Program-made: the position numbers and the translations under genes
Notes under the pieces: model-generated
The model's input: only the letters and a program-made list of their open reading frames with translations
Told to the model about the DNA's origin: nothing
The model's database searches: none
NCBI GenBank assembly: GCA_027622665.1
Contig: JAQBYT010000013.1
Coordinates: 1-64,000, forward strand
Reading direction: 5' to 3'
DNA: 64,000 nt
Origin: Verrucomicrobiota bacterium
GTDB lineage: Bacteria; Verrucomicrobiota; Verrucomicrobiia; Opitutales; Seribacteraceae
Shown here: positions 29,401-38,976 of the stretch, in pieces
Numbering within the stretch: position 1 is the first letter of the stretch
How the letters are laid out: each line of letters begins with the position of its first letter

Positions 29401-31608
29401 CTTTCCTTTACGCGCGGTGTAGCTCCAACCCGGATGCCAACCGAGGCCGGCATTTATTTGTGTGGCCCAAAGGTGAATGCCCCAGTGCTCCTCATCGGAA
29501 AATACGATGTCATCAAAATCGTCATCATTAAGGTCCACAAACCGCAGACCTTCGCTCGCGTGATCAATACCATCGGGCAGACCATATGCCCGTTCGCGCC
29601 AGCTTTTCTTTTTTGCGTCCCAACCGTAAACATTTTTGCCGACCAGCTCGCAAACGCCGTCGTTGTCAACATCACGTAGGAAGCCCACGTTGTCGCTCGG
29701 TTTGCCGATTCCGGCAGAGAGATTCTTGAGGTTTTCGACCACGTTCTGCTTGGCGTCGATTGCAAACCAGCGGCGGGAGCCAGCGCCCAACGAGCGCACG
29801 GAAAACCGGATGGGGCGGTCCTTCTTCACCGTGCCTTTTGGCAGAATGAAAAAGAAGTAGCCGCCGGAATCGAGATCCGTGATCCACGTCGGAAGATAAA
29901 TCACCTCAACCGAGGCGTCCTCCGCCTGCCAACGGCTAAATTTTCGGGACAGGTCAAAGCGCAACGCATCCTTCCCATCCACCGCCAGCATGAAGCCAGC
30001 GGTGCCGGGTTGGCTTTCGTAACCAAGACCACCGGTTAGGCACAATGTGATGGGCTTGTCCGGATTGGCTGCGACTACGGGACTTTCCCAGTTCAACACT
30101 TTTTCCTTGGCCAGTTGGCGGATCAGGTGGCGCGTGGTCATGGTGCCGGTTAAGTCGTACCAATCGGACTGCTCACCTTCGTTCTTGGTGATCCGGCCAA
30201 GAGCCGGTTTGGCAGTGGTGATTAATTGACGGATTTCCTTGAGGGCGGAGGGCGACTCGGAGGATTGCTTTAAGGCATTGGACTGTACGAACTGCCATCC
30301 ATCTTCCTTGAAGGTCCAGATTTGACCGTGGCCCTTGATGTCCATCATCGAGGCCTCACCTGATGTTTCCAGTACGCCGGCCATAGTTTGCGTTGGATTG
30401 AAGGGCAACTTGTGCTCGGTCCAAGTGGATTGCTTCGGATTCCAAATGCGTGTCAGGTCTTTTTCGGCGATCAGCACGTCCATAAATCCGTCATTGTTGG
30501 CATCGAGAACGCGAACCGCATTGTCAGCGCCATCCTTGCCGCGAAGTGAACTGCCCTTTAGCAGATTTTGGTTCAAGCGCCCGATGCATTCCCTGAAATT
30601 CAGGAACTTCACTTTCTTGCCGTACGTCTTCTGAGCATAGTCGACAAATTCGACCAACTGCGAGCTGCTACTCCAGCCGTGCGGATGGAAGACAAGGTTC
30701 ATCACGCCCTGTTTTCGTACGGTGACGTCCAGTGCGCGTTTCCAGTCCTCGAGCATTTGGGGTTGGCGGTCGCCGATTAAATTGTGTGCTTCCCAGTCGC
30801 TGGGCACCACACAGGGGAATTCCCAGCACAGTCGGTTGATGACGTAGGGGTAGGGGTAATCCTCAATGGTGCCGACGTAGGAACCCATGGTGCGCATGCC
30901 TGCGCGCGTTTTTGCTTTCGGAAGGTACTTGGCAAAGCGCTCTTGGCCGTTGGCGTCCAGAGCCAAGTTACTCGGAAGCGACTTGTCTCTAGAGGTCGTG
31001 ATGTTGAATACGGAGGTGTCGATCTGCAGATAGCGGCCGGCGGCACTGGTCTTGTTGAAAATCTCAGCGAAGAAGCGGGGACTCAGGCTGTTCATAGAGT
31101 CACAGCAAGGCATGCGGTAGGCGATGGGATGGTTCCCGGGAATCCCCGCGAGCAGGTCTAAGCCACCATGGACAACCTCGGCGGCTCTGCGAAAGTTCCC
31201 CTGTTGCAGAAGAGGGCAGGGATGGGTGAGCGTGTGCACCTCGATGGACAGTCCTTCCTGCAACCACGTTTGAGCTTGGGGGTGATCGGGTTTGAAGGAA
31301 TTAGTCATGATGCTGACGGGTGCCCTCCCATCGATTTTTTTTAGACGCTCGAGAACGGGGCGGAGGAAAGACTCGTACTTTTCGGGTCCACGCATATCAT
31401 CTATGCCCAAAGTTACCACTGCCTCCACTCCCTTTTCGCCCACCCACTGGGGCGTAGTCAGTTTCGGGAAATCGAGATGGGGGTGAAACGGATCACCTCC
31501 ACTTAGATACGTAAGCCGATTCGCGAGACTTTTCGAAACATGGGTACTTGCCTGCAGTGCAAACGGAACGAGAAAGGGAATGAGAAGCTTGAGCGTATTT
31601 TTTATCAT
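26440..31608 (-). CDS. Large PVC-type fusion: NodB-like polysaccharide deacetylase, FG-GAP/VCBS repeats with an inserted domain, DUF7133 propeller, HEAT repeats, cytochrome c
   Basis: LGIDDM, EVHTLTHPC, YRMPCCD, LVFHPHG; DANNDGFMD, DVDNDG and DLNDDDFDD loops; VASEPLVLDPIAFDW; HEAT repeats; CSVCH...VGPDL...SLMPEGL; ATG at 31608. Confidence 0.88.
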   Translation of the reverse strand: MIKNTLKLLIPFLVPFALQASTHVSKSLANRLTYLSGGDPFHPHLDFPKLTTPQWVGEKGVEAVVTLGIDDMRGPEKYESFLRPVLERLKKIDGRAPVSIMTNSFKPDHPQAQTWLQEGLSIEVHTLTHPCPLLQQGNFRRAAEVVHGGLDLLAGIPGNHPIAYRMPCCDSMNSLSPRFFAEIFNKTSAAGRYLQIDTSVFNITTSRDKSLPSNLALDANGQERFAKYLPKAKTRAGMRTMGSYVGTIEDYPYPYVINRLCWEFPCVVPSDWEAHNLIGDRQPQMLEDWKRALDVTVRKQGVMNLVFHPHGWSSSSQLVEFVDYAQKTYGKKVKFLNFRECIGRLNQNLLKGSSLRGKDGADNAVRVLDANNDGFMDVLIAEKDLTRIWNPKQSTWTEHKLPFNPTQTMAGVLETSGEASMMDIKGHGQIWTFKEDGWQFVQSNALKQSSESPSALKEIRQLITTAKPALGRITKNEGEQSDWYDLTGTMTTRHLIRQLAKEKVLNWESPVVAANPDKPITLCLTGGLGYESQPGTAGFMLAVDGKDALRFDLSRKFSRWQAEDASVEVIYLPTWITDLDSGGYFFFILPKGTVKKDRPIRFSVRSLGAGSRRWFAIDAKQNVVENLKNLSAGIGKPSDNVGFLRDVDNDGVCELVGKNVYGWDAKKKSWRERAYGLPDGIDHASEGLRFVDLNDDDFDDIVFSDEEHWGIHLWATQINAGLGWHPGWSYTARKGKRNDSNAIPMISRGGFNPNNGAWFHSGHLWVQNENTANLPDVVDRRSFKQLLDFGGPGAREPEESRQCFKTRDGFEVQLVASEPLVLDPIAFDWGADGKLWVTEMGDYPLGINGRGKPGGVVRFLEDRNEDGRYDHSTVFLSGLNFPSGVMAWGKGVLVSASPDILYAEDTDGNGKADLRKILFTGFPEGNQQHRMNGFVLGLDNWIYAANGDSGGMIKSTATGKVVNINGRDFRFKVSGEMQTLSNQTQFGLHRDDWGNWFGNNNPNWLWHVHLPLHYVTRNPHLVVKDTRQMLFNYPDSRRCFPISPRMERPNTPNSYGMVTSANSPSPYRGGLFGPDFEHSVFISEPVHNLVHREMLVPDGITFTSHRAKGEEKSEFLASSDNWFRPTMTKTGPDGALYVADMYRLVIEHPKWIPPGMQSRVNLREGSNRGRIWRVFPKGSKLRKTPRLDRMTTKTLVAALDSPSGWQRDTIQRLLLDRDDEDAFDGLRKLAQTSKNPKVRLQALCILEGLDSLDAKVLKQALEDPHFSVREQAVRLCEGNHADLIVSRIEDESIRVRRQVAFSLGEWKNPEAGKALVRLALADANEPRVQLAVKSSALPHAAAMLKHIFSEKTKAPAGLLSDLIRFAILDDNLDPLAKVFDEIAAEKDLRRQFILMAGFVDAIEQRNEPLDEFHQRLAKTSKQGIGKLETVFSKVRTTARDDQAEESARVSAIALLGRGPTEQREDINLLGNLLAAGNRPSIRKAALDTLPKLRQPLTASVLLAHWNSYAPVDRVAVTEHLLARDESASALLDAIETGKLSAVQISPAHRQKLLQYPRPPISTRAKKLLGGINPDRAKVIQRYAGVGDLKGSSRNGKLLFTTNCSVCHSFKGEGNKVGPDLATFSVKPINDWLIGILDPNQAVETMYTTYLVISKDDSAITGVLASETAGALILRNASGQEMTVLRKNLKSVQAIGQSLMPEGLETALRPEAVADLLAYLRTP

Positions 31609-31659
31609 CCGGAGCACCTTCTGTGAGGGATTTTTGCCTAGTACCAAGTTTGGTGCCGA

Positions 31660-32988
31660 CTAACTCGTGGCCTTTATGTCCCAACCATCACGATAGTTGC
31701 GGCGGAGGAAATGGTTGAGGTCGCCCTTCGGACCCGTGAGCTTCATCGGCTCAGCTTGCCACTTCAGGTGGTCGCCTCGATGGCGAGCGGCGATATTACC
31801 TAAGAGAACGGCTTCGGTTAGCGGCCCCGCGTAGTCGAAGCCGTCGGAGGGTTGTTTGTCAGCAAGGATGCCGTCGAGCCAACCGTGGAAATGGTTTTGA
31901 TTATCTGCGGGTTCGTAGGCGTAGTCGGCAAACTTTTCCTGAGGATGGAGTTTTGGGGCGCCGACGTGTGGAAGCACGAGGGTTCCTTCCTCGCCTATAA
32001 AGAGGGAACCACTTGCGGGCAGTGCTTCGTTTCTCGGTAGATGGCGACCACGATCTCGGGGCAGGCGGTTGCCGTCGTACCAAGTGATTGGAAGAATCTT
32101 CCCAGACAGTTGGTTCCCGGGGAACTTGTACTCGACGACGTTTTGGGCAGGCCATACCTCATCGTTCATGCCCGAGTGGTAGGAACACTTGATTTCGGTT
32201 GGCGGTTTGTCGATTCGTAGCGCCGTGAAGACCGGGTCGAGAATGTGACACCCAAAGTCGCCCAGAGCACCATTGCCGAAATCCTGCCAGTCCCGCCAAC
32301 CCCAAGGGTGATAGACCTTACCTTCGACGTAGGGGCGCTCGGGAGCCACGCCGAGCCAAACGTCCCATGCCAGCTTTTCCGGTACTGGAGCCGGTGGCGG
32401 GCGGTCGATGTGGCCGGATTTACCATGTCCCGTGGCCGCCACCCATGAATGGACGCGCTGTACCTTCCCGATGGCACCCTTTTGAATGAGCTGGACGGCG
32501 GTACGATAAAAGGTGTGGGAGTGGATTTGGTTCCCCATCCGAGTTATAACCTTTGACTTGGCCGCCTGAAGGCGCATCTGCCGTGCTTCCCATACATTGT
32601 GAGTAAGAGGCTTTTGACAGAAGAGATGCTTGCCTTGGCGCATGGCGTCCAGTCCCACTCGGGCATGCATGTGGTCGGGTATCCCGACGGTGACGGCATC
32701 GACCTTGTCACCCATTTTTTCGAGCAATTCTCGGTAGTCCTGAAAGACTGGGGCGTCGGGGTTCAGTTTGCGGGCCTTTTCGGTGCGAGCGAGGTCCACG
32801 TCGCAAAAGGCGATGTATTTAGCCTTCGGATGGCTGGCCATTTGGCTGACGTCGCCCCAACCGCGGCCTTCGGTGCCGACTGCTGCGAGCTGTAGACCGG
32901 AATTTAGGTTTTGGCCGCGAACGATTGAAGGTGCTCCCAGCAGAGGGAGGGCGACGGATGTCTTTTGAATGAATTGGCGACGTCTCAT
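31660..32988 (-). CDS. Gfo/Idh/MocA NAD-dependent oxidoreductase, Tat-exported
   Basis: MRRRQFI; VGTEGRG; PDHMH; CQKPL; WDVWLGVAP; GDFGCH. Confidence 0.93.
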   Translation of the reverse strand: MRRRQFIQKTSVALPLLGAPSIVRGQNLNSGLQLAAVGTEGRGWGDVSQMASHPKAKYIAFCDVDLARTEKARKLNPDAPVFQDYRELLEKMGDKVDAVTVGIPDHMHARVGLDAMRQGKHLFCQKPLTHNVWEARQMRLQAAKSKVITRMGNQIHSHTFYRTAVQLIQKGAIGKVQRVHSWVAATGHGKSGHIDRPPPAPVPEKLAWDVWLGVAPERPYVEGKVYHPWGWRDWQDFGNGALGDFGCHILDPVFTALRIDKPPTEIKCSYHSGMNDEVWPAQNVVEYKFPGNQLSGKILPITWYDGNRLPRDRGRHLPRNEALPASGSLFIGEEGTLVLPHVGAPKLHPQEKFADYAYEPADNQNHFHGWLDGILADKQPSDGFDYAGPLTEAVLLGNIAARHRGDHLKWQAEPMKLTGPKGDLNHFLRRNYRDGWDIKATS

Positions 32989-33746
32989 AGTATTTTAATT
33001 TGTGGACAGAATGGGGGCGATTCCCCTCTCTTTTTCTTGCTGGCCGCGCTTTTTCTTTTTTTGGATTTCGGTAAAGCGTCCCATGGGGCCTTTCCCCCGC
33101 TGCCCTTCATGGTGTCATCCATCCATTTTCGGACGGCAGCCGGTTGTGTCCCAAGACCACCGCCGGGAATAATGGCGAAGAGAGTGTGTCTGCCCGAGGC
33201 GGCATCCTCAATTACCCAACCACCCTCACTATCTCCCACCTTGCACGGATTATTCTTTTTGGTGGTGATGTGACGTGCATGTAAGCCACTGCGCTTTGCT
33301 TTCTTGTCTCGGTAAAAATGTAAGCCTCCGGAATATCCGACCATGGTGAATGAAATAACACCGACTTTTATTGTTAACGGTCGGTTTAGAAGTCCAACCG
33401 TGTTAATCCCCGTAAGAGGTTTGTTAAATTGAACGAGACCCAAGTCTCCTTGGGGTGCTAGATAGGCTTTTTTTAACCGTGCTGACTTGTCCGGTCCAAA
33501 ACGAATCTCAATGTTTCTCTTGTCTGGGGTAAGGGCTTTCGGTTTCGCCAAGTGCGCCGCCGTGATGGCCCAAGTCGGGGCAATCCGCTGGGCTGTCCCC
33601 GTCCCGATTCTATTGCTGTCGATGTGATGACCTCTCCATCCTCCGCAGTAAGCGAAAGGTGATGTGCCGGTCGCTTTTTGTTTCCCTGTTGCGACACCTG
33701 CGAGCAGTAGTGAAGCGAGGAAGACCTTTACGACATTAGGTGACAT
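32985..33746 (-). CDS. Divergent trypsin-like (S1) serine protease homolog
   Basis: IAPTWAITAAHL, DLGLV, GDSEGG in the expected order; signal-like N-terminus from ATG 33746; ATGA overlap with the downstream gene. Confidence 0.6.
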   Translation of the reverse strand: MSPNVVKVFLASLLLAGVATGKQKATGTSPFAYCGGWRGHHIDSNRIGTGTAQRIAPTWAITAAHLAKPKALTPDKRNIEIRFGPDKSARLKKAYLAPQGDLGLVQFNKPLTGINTVGLLNRPLTIKVGVISFTMVGYSGGLHFYRDKKAKRSGLHARHITTKKNNPCKVGDSEGGWVIEDAASGRHTLFAIIPGGGLGTQPAAVRKWMDDTMKGSGGKAPWDALPKSKKRKSAASKKKRGESPPFCPQIKIL

Positions 33747-33756
33747 GATAGATGGC

Positions 33757-35082
33757 TCACACCTTGGGCAACACATATGGCTTTCGCCATTCTTGGCGGC
33801 CCCTTAGGGCGTTGGCCTCGTTGTCGTTTTCAAAGGTTTCGGTTTTTGGGTCGAGGCGAAGCGAGCGATCTAGGCGGGCGGAGAGGTTGCCCGCATGGCA
33901 GAGGACGGATGCGCGGTGCCCTACGGTCTCTAGGTCGCAATTGGGGCGTTTGCGGGAGCGGACGCAGTCGATGAAGTTGGCGACGTGCGGGGTAGCGTCG
34001 GAGTTGCCGCCTTCTTGGGCGATGACTTTGCCCCCTCTTTCGATGGCTTTCCAACCACTATTGCCGATCACCAGCTGGGCCTTGTCCCCGTATACCACGG
34101 CTCCTTCGGTTTCCTCCATTTGCCGATAGGGAGTCCAGAGCTTGAGTTCGTAGGTGAGTATGCGTGGGGTGGGTGAGTCGTAACGATAGGTCACCTGCAT
34201 GGTGTCGGGGAACTCCTGATCGTCGTCGTAGTACCACTTGCCGCCGGCTGCGTGAATGGTGCGCGGGTGGTGAAGCGGAGTGGTCTTTTCCCATTCGAGG
34301 CAGGCGTTTAGCATGGCGAATGCCATGTCTATACGATGAACGCCGTCGTTTCCGAGGTCGCCCGTGCCGTAATCATAAAACCAACGCCAACGTCCGTGAA
34401 ACCGGTTTTGGTTGAACGGGCGCTTGGGAGCGGGGCCTAGCCAGAGGTCATAGTTCACTTCCGCAGGAGGTTTCCCATTGGCCGGCTTGCCAATTCCTCC
34501 TTGGCGGGCGCTTTCCCATCCTTTGGCAAAGAGGCAGCGACCCACGCCACCTTCACGACAGAACTGCATGGCAGTCTGAAGTCTGCTTGTCGAGCGGTGT
34601 TGTGAACCCATTTGAACGATTCGCTTGTGCTTGCGCATAGCTTCCACCATGCGTTGCCCTTCGATGATGTTGTGTCCGTCGGGTTTCTCGACGTAAACGT
34701 CCTTCCCGGCAAGGCAACCCAGGATCGTTGGAATCGCATGCCAGTGGTCTGGGGTGCCGACGCAGATGACGTCGATGGTCGGATCGTCGATGATTGGACG
34801 AAAATCTTGCATCGTCTGGGGCTTCTTGCCCTGCATCTTTTCGACCAGTTCAGCCACTGGACGCAGGCGGCGCAAGTCGACGTCGGCGATGGCGGCAATC
34901 TCAACGTCAGGATGGGCGGCGAAGATACGATTGAGTCGCGCCGCTCGGCCTCCTGCGCCGATCATGCCGGCTCGGATCCTTCCGTTCGGCGAACCTTTTT
35001 TTGCGAACCCCTTCTGCAATGCCAAGGCAGGGAAGGCGATGGCGGAAGACTTTATAAAGTGACGGCGAGTATTTTCGTTCAT
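33757..35082 (-). CDS. Gfo/Idh/MocA oxidoreductase, Tat-exported
   Basis: TRRHFIK; IGAGGR; TPDHWH; YVEKP; YDLWLGPAP; GNDGVH. Confidence 0.93.
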   Translation of the reverse strand: MNENTRRHFIKSSAIAFPALALQKGFAKKGSPNGRIRAGMIGAGGRAARLNRIFAAHPDVEIAAIADVDLRRLRPVAELVEKMQGKKPQTMQDFRPIIDDPTIDVICVGTPDHWHAIPTILGCLAGKDVYVEKPDGHNIIEGQRMVEAMRKHKRIVQMGSQHRSTSRLQTAMQFCREGGVGRCLFAKGWESARQGGIGKPANGKPPAEVNYDLWLGPAPKRPFNQNRFHGRWRWFYDYGTGDLGNDGVHRIDMAFAMLNACLEWEKTTPLHHPRTIHAAGGKWYYDDDQEFPDTMQVTYRYDSPTPRILTYELKLWTPYRQMEETEGAVVYGDKAQLVIGNSGWKAIERGGKVIAQEGGNSDATPHVANFIDCVRSRKRPNCDLETVGHRASVLCHAGNLSARLDRSLRLDPKTETFENDNEANALRGRQEWRKPYVLPKV

Positions 35083-35106
35083 GAGAGGATAGTCAGTTTG
35101 AGATTT

Positions 35107-36057
35107 TCATGAATGGAGTCCCGAGATGATGGTTTTCAGGAATTCTCTGGATCGGCGAGCTAGAATGTCGATGCCCTCCGGCTTGACTGGGCGTGGTACT
35201 AAAGGCGCAAAAATATTTTCGCAGCATAGCGGTATAGTTCGCCCCGTGAAGGCTACCGGATGAAGGAGTCGGTAGTGGTCGATTTCGCCGAACCCCGGCC
35301 CGCAGTCCTGATCCTTTGGCCAGTTGCGGTGATCCTTGATGCAGAAACTTCGAACTTCCTCGGCGCATTTCTTGATGTCGGGAATGGGGTCTAGGTCTAG
35401 GTAGTCCATGACGTTGCCGGCATCGTAGTTGACTCGAATTCCGGGGTCATTCACCTCACGGACGATTTCTGCGCATGCTTCGCCCGTGCCCGTGGAGCCG
35501 CCATGTTGCTTGACCACGAGGAGGACACCTTGATCTCGCGCGATTGGACCTAGTCTTTTAAAACGTTCGATCCAGACCTTGCGGTTCCCTCCCTTGGTAT
35601 GGCCGAAGGTGAGTACTTGTCCTATGCCTGCTGCGCCAGCTTGCAGCAAGCGATGCTTGAGAACCTCGAATCCATGCTCGTGCTCGGGATAAACGGTTGA
35701 GAACATCATGACCGGCTTTAGGCCCATGTCTCGACATCGCTGCGACAGATCCTTCGCTTTGGAGGGCGGGGCGTCCGTTGGCATTACGGGGACGCGTTTG
35801 CCCGAACCCGTCTCATCGTGCGAGGTCCCCCAGGCAATGTATTCGTAGCCGGTTTTCTTGATGCCTTCCAATGCTCGTTTGAGCGAGAATCTCGAGTAAG
35901 GCAAGGTCATGCATGCGATTTGGAAAGTCGTTGGCTTTATTGCCGGCAGAAGATCCTTGCCCCTTGCTTGAGGGAATAAGGCCAAGGAGCCAGTTAGTCC
36001 GGCCTGCTTTAAAAAGGCCCGACGTTCAAAGATTTGTGGGGTTTCGGAATGACTCAT
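35107..36057 (-). CDS. Sugar phosphate isomerase/epimerase TIM barrel, Tat-exported
   Basis: ERRAFLK; VVKQHGG, NYDAGN, CIKDH, GFGEID, CCEN. Confidence 0.85.
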   Translation of the reverse strand: MSHSETPQIFERRAFLKQAGLTGSLALFPQARGKDLLPAIKPTTFQIACMTLPYSRFSLKRALEGIKKTGYEYIAWGTSHDETGSGKRVPVMPTDAPPSKAKDLSQRCRDMGLKPVMMFSTVYPEHEHGFEVLKHRLLQAGAAGIGQVLTFGHTKGGNRKVWIERFKRLGPIARDQGVLLVVKQHGGSTGTGEACAEIVREVNDPGIRVNYDAGNVMDYLDLDPIPDIKKCAEEVRSFCIKDHRNWPKDQDCGPGFGEIDHYRLLHPVAFTGRTIPLCCENIFAPLVPRPVKPEGIDILARRSREFLKTIISGLHS

Positions 36058-36169
36058 CACAGAGAATGTAAAAGTTGAGGTTCGCCCAAGGAAAGGAAAA
36101 AGTCTAATTGGAAGTGAATTTGTTGCCGAAGTAGGCTAGCATATTTCGACAGGCGACGCCTTTTCTGTA

Positions 36170-36205
36170 TTCGACTTCCCGCAAACCTTTCCTAGTTTCA
36201 TTTTC
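36170..36205 (+). promoter_or_regulatory. Putative sigma70-type promoter giving a near-leaderless uup mRNA
   Basis: TTCGAC (36170-75), 17 nt, TAGTTT (36193-98), 7 nt, TTG start. Confidence 0.5.
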
Positions 36206-38113
36206 TTGGCCTTGATTAGTTACAGAAATCTCACCGTTTCCTTTGGTGGACCGCTCTTGCTTGATGATGTTACTCTCTCGATCAATAGGGGCGAGAGAAT
36301 ATGCATGTTGGGCAGGAACGGGGAAGGGAAGTCAACTCTTCTTCGCGTATTGGCGGGTCAAATCGTTCCTGATGGCGGAGAATGGGAAAAGTCGGATGAT
36401 TTCCGACCGGCCAAGCTCGACCAGGAGATTCCTGCCGATCTTCCCGGTACGGTGCTGGAAATTGTGCTCGAGGCCCTTGGCGATGGGGCTCGCAGATTGG
36501 CTGACTACAATCGGATAGCTCAAGAACTCTCGAGTAATCCCGATGACACCCGATTGATTGAGTGCCTAGATGATTTACAGGATCAGCTCGATAGTTCGGA
36601 CGGATGGGCCTTGGCGCATAAGGCGGCGACCATGGTTGATCGCGTGGGGCTTAACCCAAATGTTTCTTTTAACCAACTTTCCGGAGGTAATAAGAGCAGA
36701 GCTCTGCTGGCTCGAGCTCTGGTGAGTGAGCCTAGCCTTCTTCTCCTCGACGAACCGACCAACCATCTCGACGTGCCCGGTATTCGATGGCTGGAGGACT
36801 TCCTTTCGAAGGGGGATGTTGCCGTGCTCTTTGTTTCTCACGATCGGGCGTTCATTCGGGGCTTGGCTAACCGCATCTTGGATCTCGATCGTGGCCGGTT
36901 GAGGTCATGGACTTGCGGATATGACAAGTTCATTGAGCGACGATCCGCCGTCCTCGAGGCAGAGGCAAAGCAGAATGCCGTCTTCGACAAGAAACTTGCC
37001 GAGGAGGAGGTCTGGATTCGCAAAGGAATCCAAGCTCGAAGAACTCGTAACGAGGGCCGTGTTCGGGCTCTTTTAAAGTTACGCGAAGAACGTTCTTGCC
37101 GTCGCGAGAAACAGTCTCTCGTCAACCTAGATGCTTCCGACGGCCAACTTTCGGGAAGGAAGGTCATTTCTGCCCACAAGGTTTCTTATGCATGGGATGA
37201 CGTTTTTATCGTTAAAGATTTCACGACCACAATTTGGCGCGGGGACAAAATAGGTGTCGTCGGCCTCAACGGTTCGGGAAAGACAACCTTTCTCCAGCTT
37301 CTCCTCAATCGTATTGAGCCTTCGGCCGGTGAGATCAAGCACGGAACAAAGCTCGAGGTTGCCTATTTCGATCAGCATCGGGCCCAACTTGATGAGGGGC
37401 TTACTGTAGCCGAGAATGTCTCGCCCTATGGCGACGTCGTGAAAGTGAATGGAAGTGACCGTCATATCCTGTCTTACCTGAAGGACTTTCTTTTTACCCC
37501 TGAGACGGCCCGCGGTCCTATTCGGAAGCTTTCGGGTGGCGAGCGAGCACGCCTTCTCCTCGCTCGTCTCTTTCTTCAGCCTGCCAATCTTCTCGTTATG
37601 GACGAGCCGACTAACGATCTCGACATTGAGACGATCGAGCTTCTGGAAGAACGTCTTCTGGCGTTCGATGGAACGATACTGCTAGTCAGTCACGATAGGG
37701 CTTTCCTGAATAACGTCGTTACCGCCACCTATGCCCTAGACGGCGACGGTTGCGTTACGGAGTACGCGGGTGGTTGCGACAAGTGGTTGGAGGAGTACCA
37801 AGCCCGTTTGGACTGCGTTCCAACCCTTGGCAGGGGGCAGAAACCTTTATGTGGGGGCGCCACTTCCTCGATGCCGTCCCCTCGAAAACTTAAGAACAAG
37901 GAGAGGGAGGCTCTCAAAACGCTTCCTGCTCTAATCGAAACATTGGAAGCCGAGCGCGAGCATCTCGCTGCTTCGCTCCATTCTCCGGAATACTATGGAG
38001 ATTCCTCCAATGATCCTACCCGAGACGCCGCTCATCTGTCTTCGCTTGAAACTCGTATCTCCGATGCGTACGAACAATGGAGTGCTCTCGAAACCCTCGC
38101 CGCAGATCAATGA
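36206..38113 (+). CDS. uup: ABC-F ATPase Uup
   Basis: Two NBDs ([47 protein letters not shown]); linker [24 protein letters not shown]-terminal coiled coil. Confidence 0.92.
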   Translation: MALISYRNLTVSFGGPLLLDDVTLSINRGERICMLGRNGEGKSTLLRVLAGQIVPDGGEWEKSDDFRPAKLDQEIPADLPGTVLEIVLEALGDGARRLADYNRIAQELSSNPDDTRLIECLDDLQDQLDSSDGWALAHKAATMVDRVGLNPNVSFNQLSGGNKSRALLARALVSEPSLLLLDEPTNHLDVPGIRWLEDFLSKGDVAVLFVSHDRAFIRGLANRILDLDRGRLRSWTCGYDKFIERRSAVLEAEAKQNAVFDKKLAEEEVWIRKGIQARRTRNEGRVRALLKLREERSCRREKQSLVNLDASDGQLSGRKVISAHKVSYAWDDVFIVKDFTTTIWRGDKIGVVGLNGSGKTTFLQLLLNRIEPSAGEIKHGTKLEVAYFDQHRAQLDEGLTVAENVSPYGDVVKVNGSDRHILSYLKDFLFTPETARGPIRKLSGGERARLLLARLFLQPANLLVMDEPTNDLDIETIELLEERLLAFDGTILLVSHDRAFLNNVVTATYALDGDGCVTEYAGGCDKWLEEYQARLDCVPTLGRGQKPLCGGATSSMPSPRKLKNKEREALKTLPALIETLEAEREHLAASLHSPEYYGDSSNDPTRDAAHLSSLETRISDAYEQWSALETLAADQ

Positions 38114-38856
38114 AAACAACTCTATTTTTCGTCTCTTCCTTCATTTCCTTTTTTATCTCGTTTGTCGAAGGTCACGCCAAATCTAAAACCGTTTTGTTCA
38201 TCGGAAATAGCTACACAGCAGGAAGCGCCTACTTTATCAAGGAAGTCTTCAAGCATGAGACCACCGGATACGAACTCGCCTTCATGAACCCCGGAGGCAA
38301 GGACTTGACGCACCATCTCGCCTCTGAGCAAACTCTACGACTCATCGAGTCGCGTAAGTGGGACCACATTGTACTTCAAGGTCAAAGCCAGAAGTCCGGT
38401 CTCGGTGGCAAGCACACGAAAGAGTTCCACGAAGCAGTCGTTGGTCTCTGCAAGCTTGCTCGCAAGCAAGGATCTCGTCCCTGTCTGTACATGACTTGGG
38501 GGCGCCGGGACGGAGATAAAGAAAACCCGGATGCGTATCCTGACTTTCTCGCCATGCAAAAAAAGATTAGTCGTGAATACTCGCAAGCCGCTCGTGGCAA
38601 CGACGCGGATGTGGCCCCAGTCGGTCATGCCTTCGCCCTTCTCCATGTTGCCGACAAATCCATTTTCTCCAGTCTTTACAAAAAGGACGGGAGTCATCCC
38701 GCTCCTCTTGGAGGTTATCTTGCTGCCTGTGTCTTTTTTGGCGAAATTACGGGCAAGTCGCCCGCGGGTATTAGCTGGAATGCCAATATCAATCCTGCCA
38801 TCGCCGCCACCCTCCGGAAGACAGCAGTCAATGTTTTGGTTGGCGATACCTTCTAG
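38110..38856 (+). CDS. SGNH/GDSL-like hydrolase (DUF4886-like), exported
   Basis: [30 protein letters not shown]...GYLAAC; ATGA overlap with uup. Confidence 0.85.
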   Translation: MKTTLFFVSSFISFFISFVEGHAKSKTVLFIGNSYTAGSAYFIKEVFKHETTGYELAFMNPGGKDLTHHLASEQTLRLIESRKWDHIVLQGQSQKSGLGGKHTKEFHEAVVGLCKLARKQGSRPCLYMTWGRRDGDKENPDAYPDFLAMQKKISREYSQAARGNDADVAPVGHAFALLHVADKSIFSSLYKKDGSHPAPLGGYLAACVFFGEITGKSPAGISWNANINPAIAATLRKTAVNVLVGDTF

Positions 38857-38976
38857 GGCTTGTCTTGGGAAACGAGTGGGGCTTGTTGCGGAAATTGTTT
38901 GGGTAAGGTTACCTTTCTCCTTGTCGGAGAAGGGGAGGAGCGCAAGGAACTCTCTCATTGCCTCATGTCTTATCCG

